Below, piece after piece: positions 27,309 through 36,311 of a stretch of DNA of 64,000 nucleotides (its first letter is position 1; the number at the start of each line of letters is the position of its first letter). The notes under the pieces are model-generated. The model searched no databases. It worked only from the letters and a program-made list of their open reading frames with translations, and was not told where the DNA came from. The stretch lies in the NCBI GenBank assembly GCA_902478645.1, contig CABSLV010000005.1, positions 20,892 through 84,891 of the forward strand, in the 5' to 3' direction. This stretch comes from an uncultured Flavobacteriales bacterium (GTDB lineage: Bacteria; Bacteroidota; Bacteroidia; Flavobacteriales; UBA1820). The position numbers and the translations under genes are program-made.

Positions 27309-28082
27309 TCAAAAATCGATCTCCAAGGTATCGTAGGCCAGGTGTACCCCTTCGGGAAGCAAGGTTTCCGCCTGGGCGGCAAAACCCATCGCTTCGCTGA
27401 TGTGGGTGAAATACGTCCGTTTGGGTGCCACGCGCCGCACCACTTCCAGCGCTTCGGGCAGGATCATGTGGGTGGGGTGCGGATCGCTGTGGCGCAAACA
27501 GTTGAGCACCAACACGTCGACCCCTTCGAGCAGGCGGTAGGAGGACTCGAACATCTGTTTGACATCGGTCAGGTAAGCCAGGTTTCCGATGCGGTAACCC
27601 GTTACGTCGATCCATCCGTGGTTGGCCGGGATGGGGATCACCCGCACGTCCCGTACGTAAAACGGCTCGTCGGTAATGATGTGTTCGGCAACGGTCGGGG
27701 CTCCGGGATAACGGTCCGCTCCTTTGGCAAAAACGTATGCAAAGCGCGCCTTGAGCGAATCCATCACTTCCTTCTTGGCATACAGGTCGATGTCGTGGCT
27801 GCGGAAGTAACAGATGGGGCGCACGTCGTCCAAACCGGCCGTATGGTCGGAATGCTGGTGGGTGAACAGGATGCCGTCCAGGTCGGACAGGCCGGCGCGC
27901 AGCATTTGGTAGCGGAAGTCCGGTCCGCAATCGAGCAGGATGATGTGTCCGTTGTCGGTGACGATGGCGGCCGAGGTGCGCAGGCGGTTGTCGCGCGGAT
28001 CGGTCGATCGTGACACGGGGCTCTTGCTGCCGATCATCGGTACGCCCTGCGAGGTTCCTGTTCCCAAAAATATCAACTTCAT
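27309..28082 (-). CDS. MBL-fold metallo-hydrolase
   Basis: MKLIFLGTGTSQGVP..., HxHxDH motif (THQHSDHTAG). Confidence 0.85.
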   Translation of the reverse strand: MKLIFLGTGTSQGVPMIGSKSPVSRSTDPRDNRLRTSAAIVTDNGHIILLDCGPDFRYQMLRAGLSDLDGILFTHQHSDHTAGLDDVRPICYFRSHDIDLYAKKEVMDSLKARFAYVFAKGADRYPGAPTVAEHIITDEPFYVRDVRVIPIPANHGWIDVTGYRIGNLAYLTDVKQMFESSYRLLEGVDVLVLNCLRHSDPHPTHMILPEALEVVRRVAPKRTYFTHISEAMGFAAQAETLLPEGVHLAYDTLEIDF

Positions 28083-28199
28083 GGTTTGCGTTGCTTTTTC
28101 TCCCTTCTCCGTTCCTGTCTTCTCGCTCTCTCCCTCTATCCATCCTTCCGGGACACTCCCGCCGTCCCCTTTTCCTCTCCCCCCACCTCCGGTTTTCTG
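28083..28199 (-). other. Polypurine (GA-rich) 5' leader upstream of the MBL-fold gene
   Basis: Minus-sense GGAGGTGGGGGGAGAGGAAAAGGGGACGGCGGGAGTGTCCCGGAAGGATGGATAGAGGGAGAGAGCGAGAAGACAGGAACGGAGAAGGGAGAAAAAGC...ATG. Confidence 0.6.
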
Positions 28200-28222
28200 C
28201 ACCCTGATGGGAGGGAATAGGT

Positions 28223-31111
28223 TTACCGGGACTTACGGCGCGTAAACAGGCGGATCACTTCTCCTACCCACAGCACCAGGGACGAGCCGGCCAATACCGC
28301 GATCCACTGTCCAAGAGTCAACGGGCGGACGCTGAAAGCATCCCCGCCGAAGGTAACGATGAGCACCTGCCCCACCACGATGGCCAGCAGGATGAGCAAG
28401 AATGCCTGGCTGCGTCCCAGGTGGTAGAAGGCCGAATGCCCCGAGGAAAACGCCCGCACGTTGAGCAGGTTCCACACCTGCATCATCACGAACAGGGTAA
28501 AGAACATCGAGAGTTCGACCGGGGTCAGCGCTCCGTCGGTATGGTAAAACCACCCCAGCACCGCCAAGAGAGCCACTGCGGAAAGTCCTCCGGTGAGGAA
28601 AATGGCGTGTTTCATTCCCCGGGTGATGATAAAGGCCGCCGCATCGCGCGGGCGATCCAGCATCACGCTCCGATCGGGCGGCAACGAAGCCAGCGCACCG
28701 GCCGCCAAGGTATCCATGATCAGGTTTACCCACAACATCTGCGTTACGCTCAGGGGGGCCTGCCCGCCGAATGCCGAGCCGAGGAACACCACCACCAGGG
28801 CCACCAGATTGATCGTCAGCTGGAAGACGATAAAGCGCTGGATATTCTTGTACAGGGAACGTCCCCACATCACGGCCGTGGAGATGGAGGTAAACGAATC
28901 GTCCAGGATCGTAATGTCGCTGGCTTCCTTGGCTACCGACGTCCCGGTACCCATCGACAAGCCTACGTGTGCAAAGTTCAGAGCCGGAGCGTCGTTCGTG
29001 CCGTCGCCCGTTACCGCCACCACTTCGCCATGACGCTGGAGCAGACGCACCAAACGCTGCTTGTCCATCGGCCGGGCACGCGCCATGATCTTGAGTTGCT
29101 CCACCCGATCGTAGGCCTGCTGGTCGGACAAAGCTTCGAAGTCCGGTCCGGTGATAATCTGGCTGTCCGTATCGCGGGCCGGATCCCACAGTCCGATCTG
29201 GCGGGCGATCTCCCGTGCCGTATTCGGCGTGTCGCCCGTAACGATCTTCACCGCCACCCCGGCGCGAAGGCATTCGCCGATGGCCTCTCCCACATCGGGA
29301 CGAACGGGGTCGGAAATGGCCGTGATGCCCAAAAAGACGAGCCCCTGCGCGGAAAGTTCCTCCAGCGGCGTACGGAGGTCTTTTTCCTCTACCTTCCGGT
29401 AGGCGAACCCGAGGGTGCGCATGGCCTGGTTCTGATACCCGATGAGTTTTTCCCGCAGGTCATCGCCCCAACGGGAAGCCTCGTCCTCCCGGTCGGAAAG
29501 CGCCACCCGCGCACATTTGGAAAAGACGATCTCCGGAGCACCTTTCACATAGAGGGTACACTCTCCCTCGGCGTCCCGCACCAGGGTCGCCATGTATTTT
29601 CTCTCGGTCGAGAAAGTCAGCTGTGCAACCACCTCGACCCCTTCGCGCAACTGCTGGTAGTCCTTTCCCTGGTTGCGCAGCCACAACAGCAGCGCCCCTT
29701 CCGTCGGATTGCCGATGGGATGTACCTGCCCCTGCGGGTTGGTTTCGAGGAAAGCGGTCGAATTGGCCGCCATCCCCTGCTCGATACAGCGGGAAAGGGC
29801 ATCGTCCGAGAGTTTCCCCTCGGAGGAAAGTCCGTAGAAGTCCGCCCGATATACCTGCATCCGGTTTTGGGTCAGGGTACCCGTCTTGTCGGTGCAGATG
29901 ACCGTTACGGCCCCCATCGTCTCGCAAGCATGCATCTTGCGCACCAGGTTATGCGACTTGAGCATCCGACGCATGCTCAAAGCCAGCGACAGCGTGACAC
30001 TCATCGGCAAACCCTCGGGCACCACCACCACGATCAACGTGACGGCGACCATCAGATAACCCAGTATCTCGGCCAGCACGCCCAGCGGAACCCAGTTGTC
30101 GCCATCGGTCGGATCGACGCCCATAGCGTATTCCACCCCGACGAACACGGCCACCAGAGCCACAGCCGAAAGTGCCCATGCCCACCAGGGGCTGCGGCGG
30201 ATCCAGCGCGGAGATTCGATCCCTTTGCGGAACAAGGCCACCACATCGTACACGATCCGTACCCAAACCTTCATGCCCAGCAACAGGAACGCTCCGACTA
30301 CGACCCACAACGAAGCCATCTGCCACGACCCGAAATCGGGCACACCCCACACGACGTCGCGCAGGAAAAGCAGCAGGAAGATCAGCAGCGCAAAGGCAAA
30401 TCCCAGCGCACTGATAAACTTCGCCAACCCTTCCAACTGACGGTTGAGCGGGGTTTTTTCTTCGGTCTTGGCACTGGACTGCCGGGCGACCTTTCCAAAT
30501 TCGGTCGCATCGCCCACTGCAGTAACCACCATCTCGCCCCGGCCGTCCACCACCGTCGTTCCCCGCATCACCCGGTCGGAGGGATACGTTGCTTCGGGGT
30601 CGAACTGCGCCGGATCGGTCGTCTTGTCGATCACCGGTTCCCCGGTGAGGGCCGATTCGTTCACCTGCAAGGACACCGCCTCCGTCAGACGCCCGTCCGC
30701 CGGGATCTCGTCGCCCTGAGCCAGCACGACCACATCGCCCACCACTACTTCGCGGCGGGGTATCTCCCGGACAGCCCCGTCCCGGTACACCTTGACCGGG
30801 ACATCGTCGTTCACTTGGTTGAGCAGGTCGAACTTCTTGCCGGCGTCCCACTCGAAAAAGAAGCCGACGCACGTAGCCAGCAGGATGGCTACCACGATGC
30901 CTACCGTTTCGATGTATTCGCCCGAGGTGGCTGCTATCAAAAACGAAAGCAGCGCTGCTACCAGCAGGATTTCGATGATCGGGTCCTTGAATTTTTCGAG
31001 CAACAGCCTCCATACGGATTCGCGGGGAGGGGGCGTTACCAGGTTTTCACCATGTTGCCGGCGGCTCTCCAAAGCCTGCTCGGAAGTAAGTCCTTTGGTT
31101 GTCTTGGCCAT
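28223..31111 (-). CDS. Calcium-translocating P-type ATPase (P2 type)
   Basis: 962 aa. Phosphorylation site CTDKTGTLTQN, hinge TGDGTNDAPAL, N-terminal cation-ATPase domain. Confidence 0.92.
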   Translation of the reverse strand: MAKTTKGLTSEQALESRRQHGENLVTPPPRESVWRLLLEKFKDPIIEILLVAALLSFLIAATSGEYIETVGIVVAILLATCVGFFFEWDAGKKFDLLNQVNDDVPVKVYRDGAVREIPRREVVVGDVVVLAQGDEIPADGRLTEAVSLQVNESALTGEPVIDKTTDPAQFDPEATYPSDRVMRGTTVVDGRGEMVVTAVGDATEFGKVARQSSAKTEEKTPLNRQLEGLAKFISALGFAFALLIFLLLFLRDVVWGVPDFGSWQMASLWVVVGAFLLLGMKVWVRIVYDVVALFRKGIESPRWIRRSPWWAWALSAVALVAVFVGVEYAMGVDPTDGDNWVPLGVLAEILGYLMVAVTLIVVVVPEGLPMSVTLSLALSMRRMLKSHNLVRKMHACETMGAVTVICTDKTGTLTQNRMQVYRADFYGLSSEGKLSDDALSRCIEQGMAANSTAFLETNPQGQVHPIGNPTEGALLLWLRNQGKDYQQLREGVEVVAQLTFSTERKYMATLVRDAEGECTLYVKGAPEIVFSKCARVALSDREDEASRWGDDLREKLIGYQNQAMRTLGFAYRKVEEKDLRTPLEELSAQGLVFLGITAISDPVRPDVGEAIGECLRAGVAVKIVTGDTPNTAREIARQIGLWDPARDTDSQIITGPDFEALSDQQAYDRVEQLKIMARARPMDKQRLVRLLQRHGEVVAVTGDGTNDAPALNFAHVGLSMGTGTSVAKEASDITILDDSFTSISTAVMWGRSLYKNIQRFIVFQLTINLVALVVVFLGSAFGGQAPLSVTQMLWVNLIMDTLAAGALASLPPDRSVMLDRPRDAAAFIITRGMKHAIFLTGGLSAVALLAVLGWFYHTDGALTPVELSMFFTLFVMMQVWNLLNVRAFSSGHSAFYHLGRSQAFLLILLAIVVGQVLIVTFGGDAFSVRPLTLGQWIAVLAGSSLVLWVGEVIRLFTRRKSR

Positions 31112-31153
31112 ACTTTGTAGAAACGGTCGTTTAACGGTTGTTTTTTAAACAGA

Positions 31154-31161
31154 CAAAGTTA
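31154..31161 (-). promoter_or_regulatory. -7 promoter box TAACTTTG (minus strand) upstream of the P-type ATPase
   Basis: caaagtta on +. 43 nt upstream of the ATG at 31111. Confidence 0.5.
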
Positions 31162-31354
31162 TGCTTTTACACTCATATTCCCCCAAAAAGTACATTAAAT
31201 TATCTTTACCTCCCGCCCTTGTGCTTTCGGTGCTTCCGTCCGCCGGTGGAGAGAAAACGAAAAATCTTTCCCGTTCCTCGGTTTTTTCCTTACATTTACC
31301 CCCGAAGAGCCTCGCCGGGGAAAAACTCCGCTGCGGTCTTCCGTCCGAAAAACC

Positions 31355-31573
31355 GTGCAAACCCTCAAGAACATCTACGCCTTTTACCGGGACGGTTTTG
31401 CCCGGATGAGTCGCCTGGGACGAATGCTCTGGGTACTCATCCTGGTCAAAGTGGCCATCCTGTTCCTTGTCCTGAAAGTTTTCTTTTTCCAGGACTACCT
31501 CGACCAGCGGTTCGACACCCCGGAGCAAAAGACACAGTACGTGCTGGAGGCTTTGAGCGGACGAAATGAATGA
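31355..31573 (+). CDS. DUF4492-like small membrane protein preceding cydA
   Basis: 72 aa with a GTG start. FYRDGFARMSRLGRMLWVLILVKVAILFLVLKVFFF matches the pattern found upstream of Bacteroidota cydAB. Confidence 0.7.
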   Translation: MQTLKNIYAFYRDGFARMSRLGRMLWVLILVKVAILFLVLKVFFFQDYLDQRFDTPEQKTQYVLEALSGRNE

Positions 31574-31598
31574 CGATTCCTAACACCTTTTCACTACG

Positions 31599-33194
31599 AT
31601 GGAACACATAGACTTCTCCCTGGTCGACTGGTCGCGGGCACAGTTTGCCCTGACGGCCCTCTACCACTGGATTTTCGTTCCCCTGACCCTCGGCCTGTCG
31701 TGGATCATCGCCATCATGGCCACCGTGTACTACCGCACCAACGCCCCCAAATGGAAGACCATCACCCGATTCTGGCTCAAGCTCTTCGGGATCAACTTCG
31801 CGGTGGGCGTGGCCACCGGCCTGATCCTCGAATTCGAATTCGGCACCAACTGGTCCACCTATTCGTGGTTCGTGGGCGATATTTTCGGAGCACCGCTGGC
31901 CGTGGAAGGCATCCTGGCCTTTTTCCTGGAAAGCACGTTCTTTGCCGTGCTATTCTTCGGCTGGAACCGCGTCGGAAGGGGCCTTCACCTGACTTCGGCC
32001 TGGATGGTAGCCGTCGGGTCCAACCTCTCGGCACTATGGATCCTGGTGGCCAACGCCTGGATGCAGGACCCCGTCGGGATGCAGTTCAATCCCGAAACCG
32101 CCCGAAACGAGATGATGGACTTCTGGGCCGTGCTGCTCTCTCCGACGGCCATCAACAAGTTTTTCCATACGGTTCTCTCCGGTTTCGTCACGGCCGGCGT
32201 GTTCGTGGTAGGGGTCAGCTCGTACCTCTTGCTCAAAAAGAAAAACATACAATACGCCCTGCACAGCCTGCGCATCGGTGCGATCTTCGGACTGGCCGGA
32301 ATCCTGCTGAGCATGTATACGGGCGACGGCTCCGGACGGCGTATTTTCGAGATCCAACCGATGAAACTGGCCGCCGCCGAAGGCCTCATCTACGGACAGA
32401 CCCACGCACCGCTCACCGTGGTGGGATACGTGGACACCGATGCAGAGAAAGGCTATCAGGGCACACAAGTGAAAGGCATCGACGTACCGGGCATGCTTTC
32501 CTTCCTGGCCGCCCACCGCACGGACGCCTTCGTGCCGGGGATAAATGACCTGATCGAAGGCAACCCCGAACACGGCATCCTGTCCGCCTACGAAAAAATG
32601 GAACGGGGGCACATCGCCCAGCAAGCCCTGGCCGAACTCAAGGACATGGAAAAAGGCTCGCTGGAATACCACCTGGCCCTCGAAAAGTTCTCCGACCCGC
32701 AATGGCAAAAGGACTATTTCGACTATTTCGGCTACGGATATTTTTACCACAAGGACCCGCAGGTAAGCCGAAAGAATGCCGAACTGCTGGTGCCCAACGT
32801 CCCGCTGGTCTTCTACTCCTTCCGGGTGATGGTCGGACTGGGCTGCCTCTTCGTGCTGCTGTTTGCCCTGGGGCTGTACCTGTCGGTCAAAAAACGCCTC
32901 GAAGGAAAACGGTGGTTCTTCTATGCCGCCATCGCGTGCATCCCGCTGGTGTACCTCTGCTCGATGGCCGGCTGGGTGGTAGCCGAAGTAGGCCGGCAAC
33001 CTTGGATCATCGAACGCCTGATGCCTACCTTGGCCGCCGTATCGGATGTGGAAACCTCCTCGGTACAGACTACCTTCTGGATCTTCGCCGGCGTGTTCAC
33101 CGTGCTGCTGATCGCGGAAATAAAGATCATGATCGGCCAGATCAAAAAAGGCATGACGCCTGCTTCCCCGGAACCGAACACCCCGCAAGCCTGA
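31599..33194 (+). CDS. cydA: Cytochrome bd ubiquinol oxidase subunit I
   Basis: 531 aa. SRAQFALTALYHWIFVPLTLG, GWVVAEVGRQPW motif. Confidence 0.95.
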   Translation: MEHIDFSLVDWSRAQFALTALYHWIFVPLTLGLSWIIAIMATVYYRTNAPKWKTITRFWLKLFGINFAVGVATGLILEFEFGTNWSTYSWFVGDIFGAPLAVEGILAFFLESTFFAVLFFGWNRVGRGLHLTSAWMVAVGSNLSALWILVANAWMQDPVGMQFNPETARNEMMDFWAVLLSPTAINKFFHTVLSGFVTAGVFVVGVSSYLLLKKKNIQYALHSLRIGAIFGLAGILLSMYTGDGSGRRIFEIQPMKLAAAEGLIYGQTHAPLTVVGYVDTDAEKGYQGTQVKGIDVPGMLSFLAAHRTDAFVPGINDLIEGNPEHGILSAYEKMERGHIAQQALAELKDMEKGSLEYHLALEKFSDPQWQKDYFDYFGYGYFYHKDPQVSRKNAELLVPNVPLVFYSFRVMVGLGCLFVLLFALGLYLSVKKRLEGKRWFFYAAIACIPLVYLCSMAGWVVAEVGRQPWIIERLMPTLAAVSDVETSSVQTTFWIFAGVFTVLLIAEIKIMIGQIKKGMTPASPEPNTPQA

Positions 33195-33242
33195 CCCGAC
33201 CCGGATCGGTGCAAACGGAAAAAAACCAAAACACTTTCAGCC

Positions 33243-34406
33243 ATGTTTGAAACCTTCTCGACTTTCGCTCTGCAACAATACTGGTGGGTGATTATCTCCC
33301 TGTTGGCCGGACTGCTGGTCGCCCTGATGTTCGTCCAAGGGGGACAAACCCTGATCTACCAGGCCGGGAAGACCGACCTGGAACGCACGATGATCGTCAA
33401 TGCCCTGGGGCACAAATGGGAACTGACCTTCACCACCCTGGTGGTATTCGGCGGAGCGTTCTTCGCCGCCTTTCCCCTGTTTTACGCCACCAGTTTCGGC
33501 GGGGCGTATTGGGTATGGATGGTCATCCTGCTGTTTTTCGTCCTCCAGGCCGTCTCGTACGAATTCCGCACCAAGGCCGGCAACCTGCTGGGACAGCGCA
33601 CCTACCAGAATTTTCTGCTGATCAACGGCATCGGAGCCCCGCTCTTTCTGGGAGTGGCAGTCGCTTCCTTCTTTACCGGGAGTTCCTTCGTGCTGCTGTC
33701 CGACCCGGCAAGCGGCGTGCTCACCCCCCGCTGGACCGGAGGGTTCGGGGGGCTGGAACTGGCCTTTGACCTGAGCAGTTACACCACCTACATCAACCTT
33801 TCGCTCGGCATAGCCCTGGTATTCCTCACCCGGGTACTGGGAGCAATGTACCTGAAAAGCAGCATCGACTCCCCGGAGATCGCCGAACGTTCCGAGAAAA
33901 CCATCCGTCAGGAAGCGCCTTTCTTCCTGCTGTTCTTCGTCTTTTTCCTGCTGAACCTCCTGCTGCGCGAGGGATACGCCTACGACTCGCAGGGCCTGAT
34001 CTATACCGAGAGCTTCAAGTACCTGCACAACCTGTTGCAGATGCCCCTCGTCCTGGTCCTGTTGCTGCTGGGCACCGGACTCACCGTGGCCGGCATCGTT
34101 CTGGGGGGCTACACCGCCCGCCGGAGAGGTTTCTACTACTCGGCCCCCGGCGTAGTACTGGTAGTACTCGCCCTGCTACTCACCGCCGGGCTGAACGATA
34201 CCGTGTACTACCCCTCCACCGGTGCCAACATCCAGAACGGCCTGACCATCCGCAACAGTTCCTCCGGCCGCTACACCCTCACGGTCATGAGTTACGTCTC
34301 GTTGTTCATCCCGTTCGTAGTGGCGTACATCGCCTACGTATGGCATTCGATGGGGCGGCACAAGATCGACAAACAGGAGATAAAAGACGACCCGGACACT
34401 TATTGA
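33243..34406 (+). CDS. cydB: Cytochrome bd ubiquinol oxidase subunit II
   Basis: 387-aa polytopic protein directly downstream of cydA. LQQYWWVIISLL start is typical of CydB. Confidence 0.93.
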   Translation: MFETFSTFALQQYWWVIISLLAGLLVALMFVQGGQTLIYQAGKTDLERTMIVNALGHKWELTFTTLVVFGGAFFAAFPLFYATSFGGAYWVWMVILLFFVLQAVSYEFRTKAGNLLGQRTYQNFLLINGIGAPLFLGVAVASFFTGSSFVLLSDPASGVLTPRWTGGFGGLELAFDLSSYTTYINLSLGIALVFLTRVLGAMYLKSSIDSPEIAERSEKTIRQEAPFFLLFFVFFLLNLLLREGYAYDSQGLIYTESFKYLHNLLQMPLVLVLLLLGTGLTVAGIVLGGYTARRRGFYYSAPGVVLVVLALLLTAGLNDTVYYPSTGANIQNGLTIRNSSSGRYTLTVMSYVSLFIPFVVAYIAYVWHSMGRHKIDKQEIKDDPDTY

Positions 34407-34562
34407 TCTCCCTCCGAGCGTCTGCTCCAAGCGGGGGAAAACCAGCCGTTTTTGCCCCGGGAAGATCGGAAGACAAAAGGATTGCGCACAGGGATCCCTT
34501 CCCTTGTGCGCAACCCGACCTAAACAACCAAACAATCACCAGAAAAAAAAGTTCGTTCTTCC

Positions 34563-36071
34563 TCACGCCAGCCCGGCCGCCCGGAGCGAACCGTTGGAGA
34601 GCAGCGTTCCCAACCTCCGGTCGATACTCTCCAGATAGCGGTTGTAGCGCGTATTGGATTCGATGGCCACCAGAGCGGACAGGCTGTCGGAAAGGGTTTC
34701 CATCGATTTTATCTGATTGGTGCGGATGGCGTTCATCTGCCCGGCCACCAGCGAAGCAGTCTGTTCGCTCACCCCTTTTATCGCGGCGGAAAGCGTCTGC
34801 GAACTCGAATTGTCCACCTCCAGGCCCAGTTTTTCGAGGATGGAGCTCAACTCGGGAGAAAGTTCCTTGATCTTCTCGGCCGTCTGTTCGATCTGCGCTT
34901 CGAGTTCCGGAGTAACCACCTCGTCCAAGTCGATCTCTCCGGCGAGGAAGTCCATCACCTTTTCCCGGAATTTGTTGAATATCGGGTCGATCTGCGCCAG
35001 GATCACCGAATCGGAAAAACCGTTGATGATCGCCTGCCGCATCACGTCCTCGAAATTCTTGGCAAAATCCCACGTAGCTTCCTCGCCCTTGCGGAAGGCC
35101 TCGACCCAACTGTCGGCCAATGATTGGGCCGAAGAACCGATCAACTCCTCGGCCAAGCTTTTCTGCTGCTCCACCCAGTCTTTTTCCTGCTGGGCCAGGG
35201 CGAGCAAACGCTCGTAAAACGACTGGTACTCATCGTACGACTCGTCACTCGAAGGCATCAACGGCGAACCACCCATCGTCTCGAGCCAGTCCAAGTCGTC
35301 CCGATGGTTTTTCAACTCCAGCAAAGCATTGTAGTAATTCGATGCACCCCGCTTGTAGCGCGCGCTGTACCGCCCGTTCATCTTGCCGTACAATTCCTGC
35401 ATCCGATCGTCGATCTCGGAGACGACCTCCTGCCGGTTGCCCGAAGCCTGCTGAAGGCCGGACTCGATCTGCTTGTACTTCTCGCGGGTGATCGCCTGCT
35501 CGTCGGCCAGGCGGCGGGAAGTAGCCAAAGACAATTCCACCTCCGCGTTCAACTGAGCATTGAGCGCCTGCTGCATCTCCCGCTGGTATTTCTTTTCCTC
35601 CTCCCTCCGCCGGCGGAAAATACCCACGATCCCAGATATCAGCGAAGCTCCGGCACCCAAACCGCCCAGGACCGCCCCGAAGATGCTGCCGCCGCTACCC
35701 GATCCACCACTCATGCCCCCTGAAGCGCCCGCTGCCGAACCCGCCACGCCCCCGGCAGCGGAAGCCGCCGCTGCGCCGGAAGAAGTCGTCTTGACCTCCT
35801 TGGCCTGGCGGATGGCCTCGGCGAGTTTTGAAATATTCTGCACCAACATCTGTCCACTGGAGGACACCTGAACGATCAAATCCCCCGCCTGGCGGAGCGA
35901 ACCGTTGAACCCTGACAATCCTCGACCCAACTCGCCCAGCCCCGTGAGACTTTCCAAAATCTGATTGCGCAAATCGGCCGTCGTCCGCTGAATCTCCACA
36001 CTCGATACGATGTTCGATCCTGCCGTGCTACTACCATTACTCTTTTTACTGCTTGCCATTTTCTCTTTCAT
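34563..36071 (-). CDS. Hypothetical coiled-coil membrane protein with tape-measure-like features
   Basis: 502 aa with no signal peptide. Gly/Ala/Ser tract, then TM IFGAVLGGLGAGASLISGIVGIF followed by RRRREEEKK, and a long helical C-terminal part (SLADSWVEAFRKGEEATWDFAKNFEDVMRQAIINGF). Confidence 0.8.
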   Translation of the reverse strand: MKEKMASSKKSNGSSTAGSNIVSSVEIQRTTADLRNQILESLTGLGELGRGLSGFNGSLRQAGDLIVQVSSSGQMLVQNISKLAEAIRQAKEVKTTSSGAAAASAAGGVAGSAAGASGGMSGGSGSGGSIFGAVLGGLGAGASLISGIVGIFRRRREEEKKYQREMQQALNAQLNAEVELSLATSRRLADEQAITREKYKQIESGLQQASGNRQEVVSEIDDRMQELYGKMNGRYSARYKRGASNYYNALLELKNHRDDLDWLETMGGSPLMPSSDESYDEYQSFYERLLALAQQEKDWVEQQKSLAEELIGSSAQSLADSWVEAFRKGEEATWDFAKNFEDVMRQAIINGFSDSVILAQIDPIFNKFREKVMDFLAGEIDLDEVVTPELEAQIEQTAEKIKELSPELSSILEKLGLEVDNSSSQTLSAAIKGVSEQTASLVAGQMNAIRTNQIKSMETLSDSLSALVAIESNTRYNRYLESIDRRLGTLLSNGSLRAAGLA

Positions 36072-36178
36072 TTATATCCATGCTGCACTGACCTTGCGGA
36101 CGCTCGTTCCACGCAATCTTGCCATACCTTCCCCGGTATTTCCGAAGACCAACCCCGGGAATCGTCCGCTTGTTTTAA

Positions 36179-36186
36179 CAAATATA
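36179..36186 (-). promoter_or_regulatory. -7 promoter box TATATTTG (minus strand) upstream of the tape-measure-like gene
   Basis: caaatata on +. 108 nt upstream of the ATG at 36071. Confidence 0.5.
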
Positions 36187-36311
36187 ATCAAAAAAGAAAT
36201 AAAACACAAGTACCCCTCCGCATTTTCCCGCTCGCCCCGCCGCGGATTAACGTTCGATCCCACCCCTTTTGCCTAATTTAGTCGCACGAATTGCCGCTGG
36301 CACTCCGCTCG

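Noticed and set aside
28421-31120. 899-aa plus-strand ORF antisense to the P-type ATPase
   Set aside because: The sense strand carries unmistakable DKTGTLT and TGDGTNDAPAL motifs. The antisense product is His/Arg/Gly/Gln-rich with no domain pattern.
31145-31528. 127-aa minus-strand ORF overlapping the DUF4492-like gene and cyd promoter region
   Set aside because: It has no recognisable features, is antisense to a conserved small gene that belongs with cydAB, and spans the divergent promoter region.
34563-36071. Prophage or phage-derived island around the tape-measure-like gene
   Set aside because: No capsid, portal, terminase, tail, integrase or lysis genes occur within 10 kb on either side, and the flanks are cydAB and envelope genes. 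Only the single gene is retained as an oddity.
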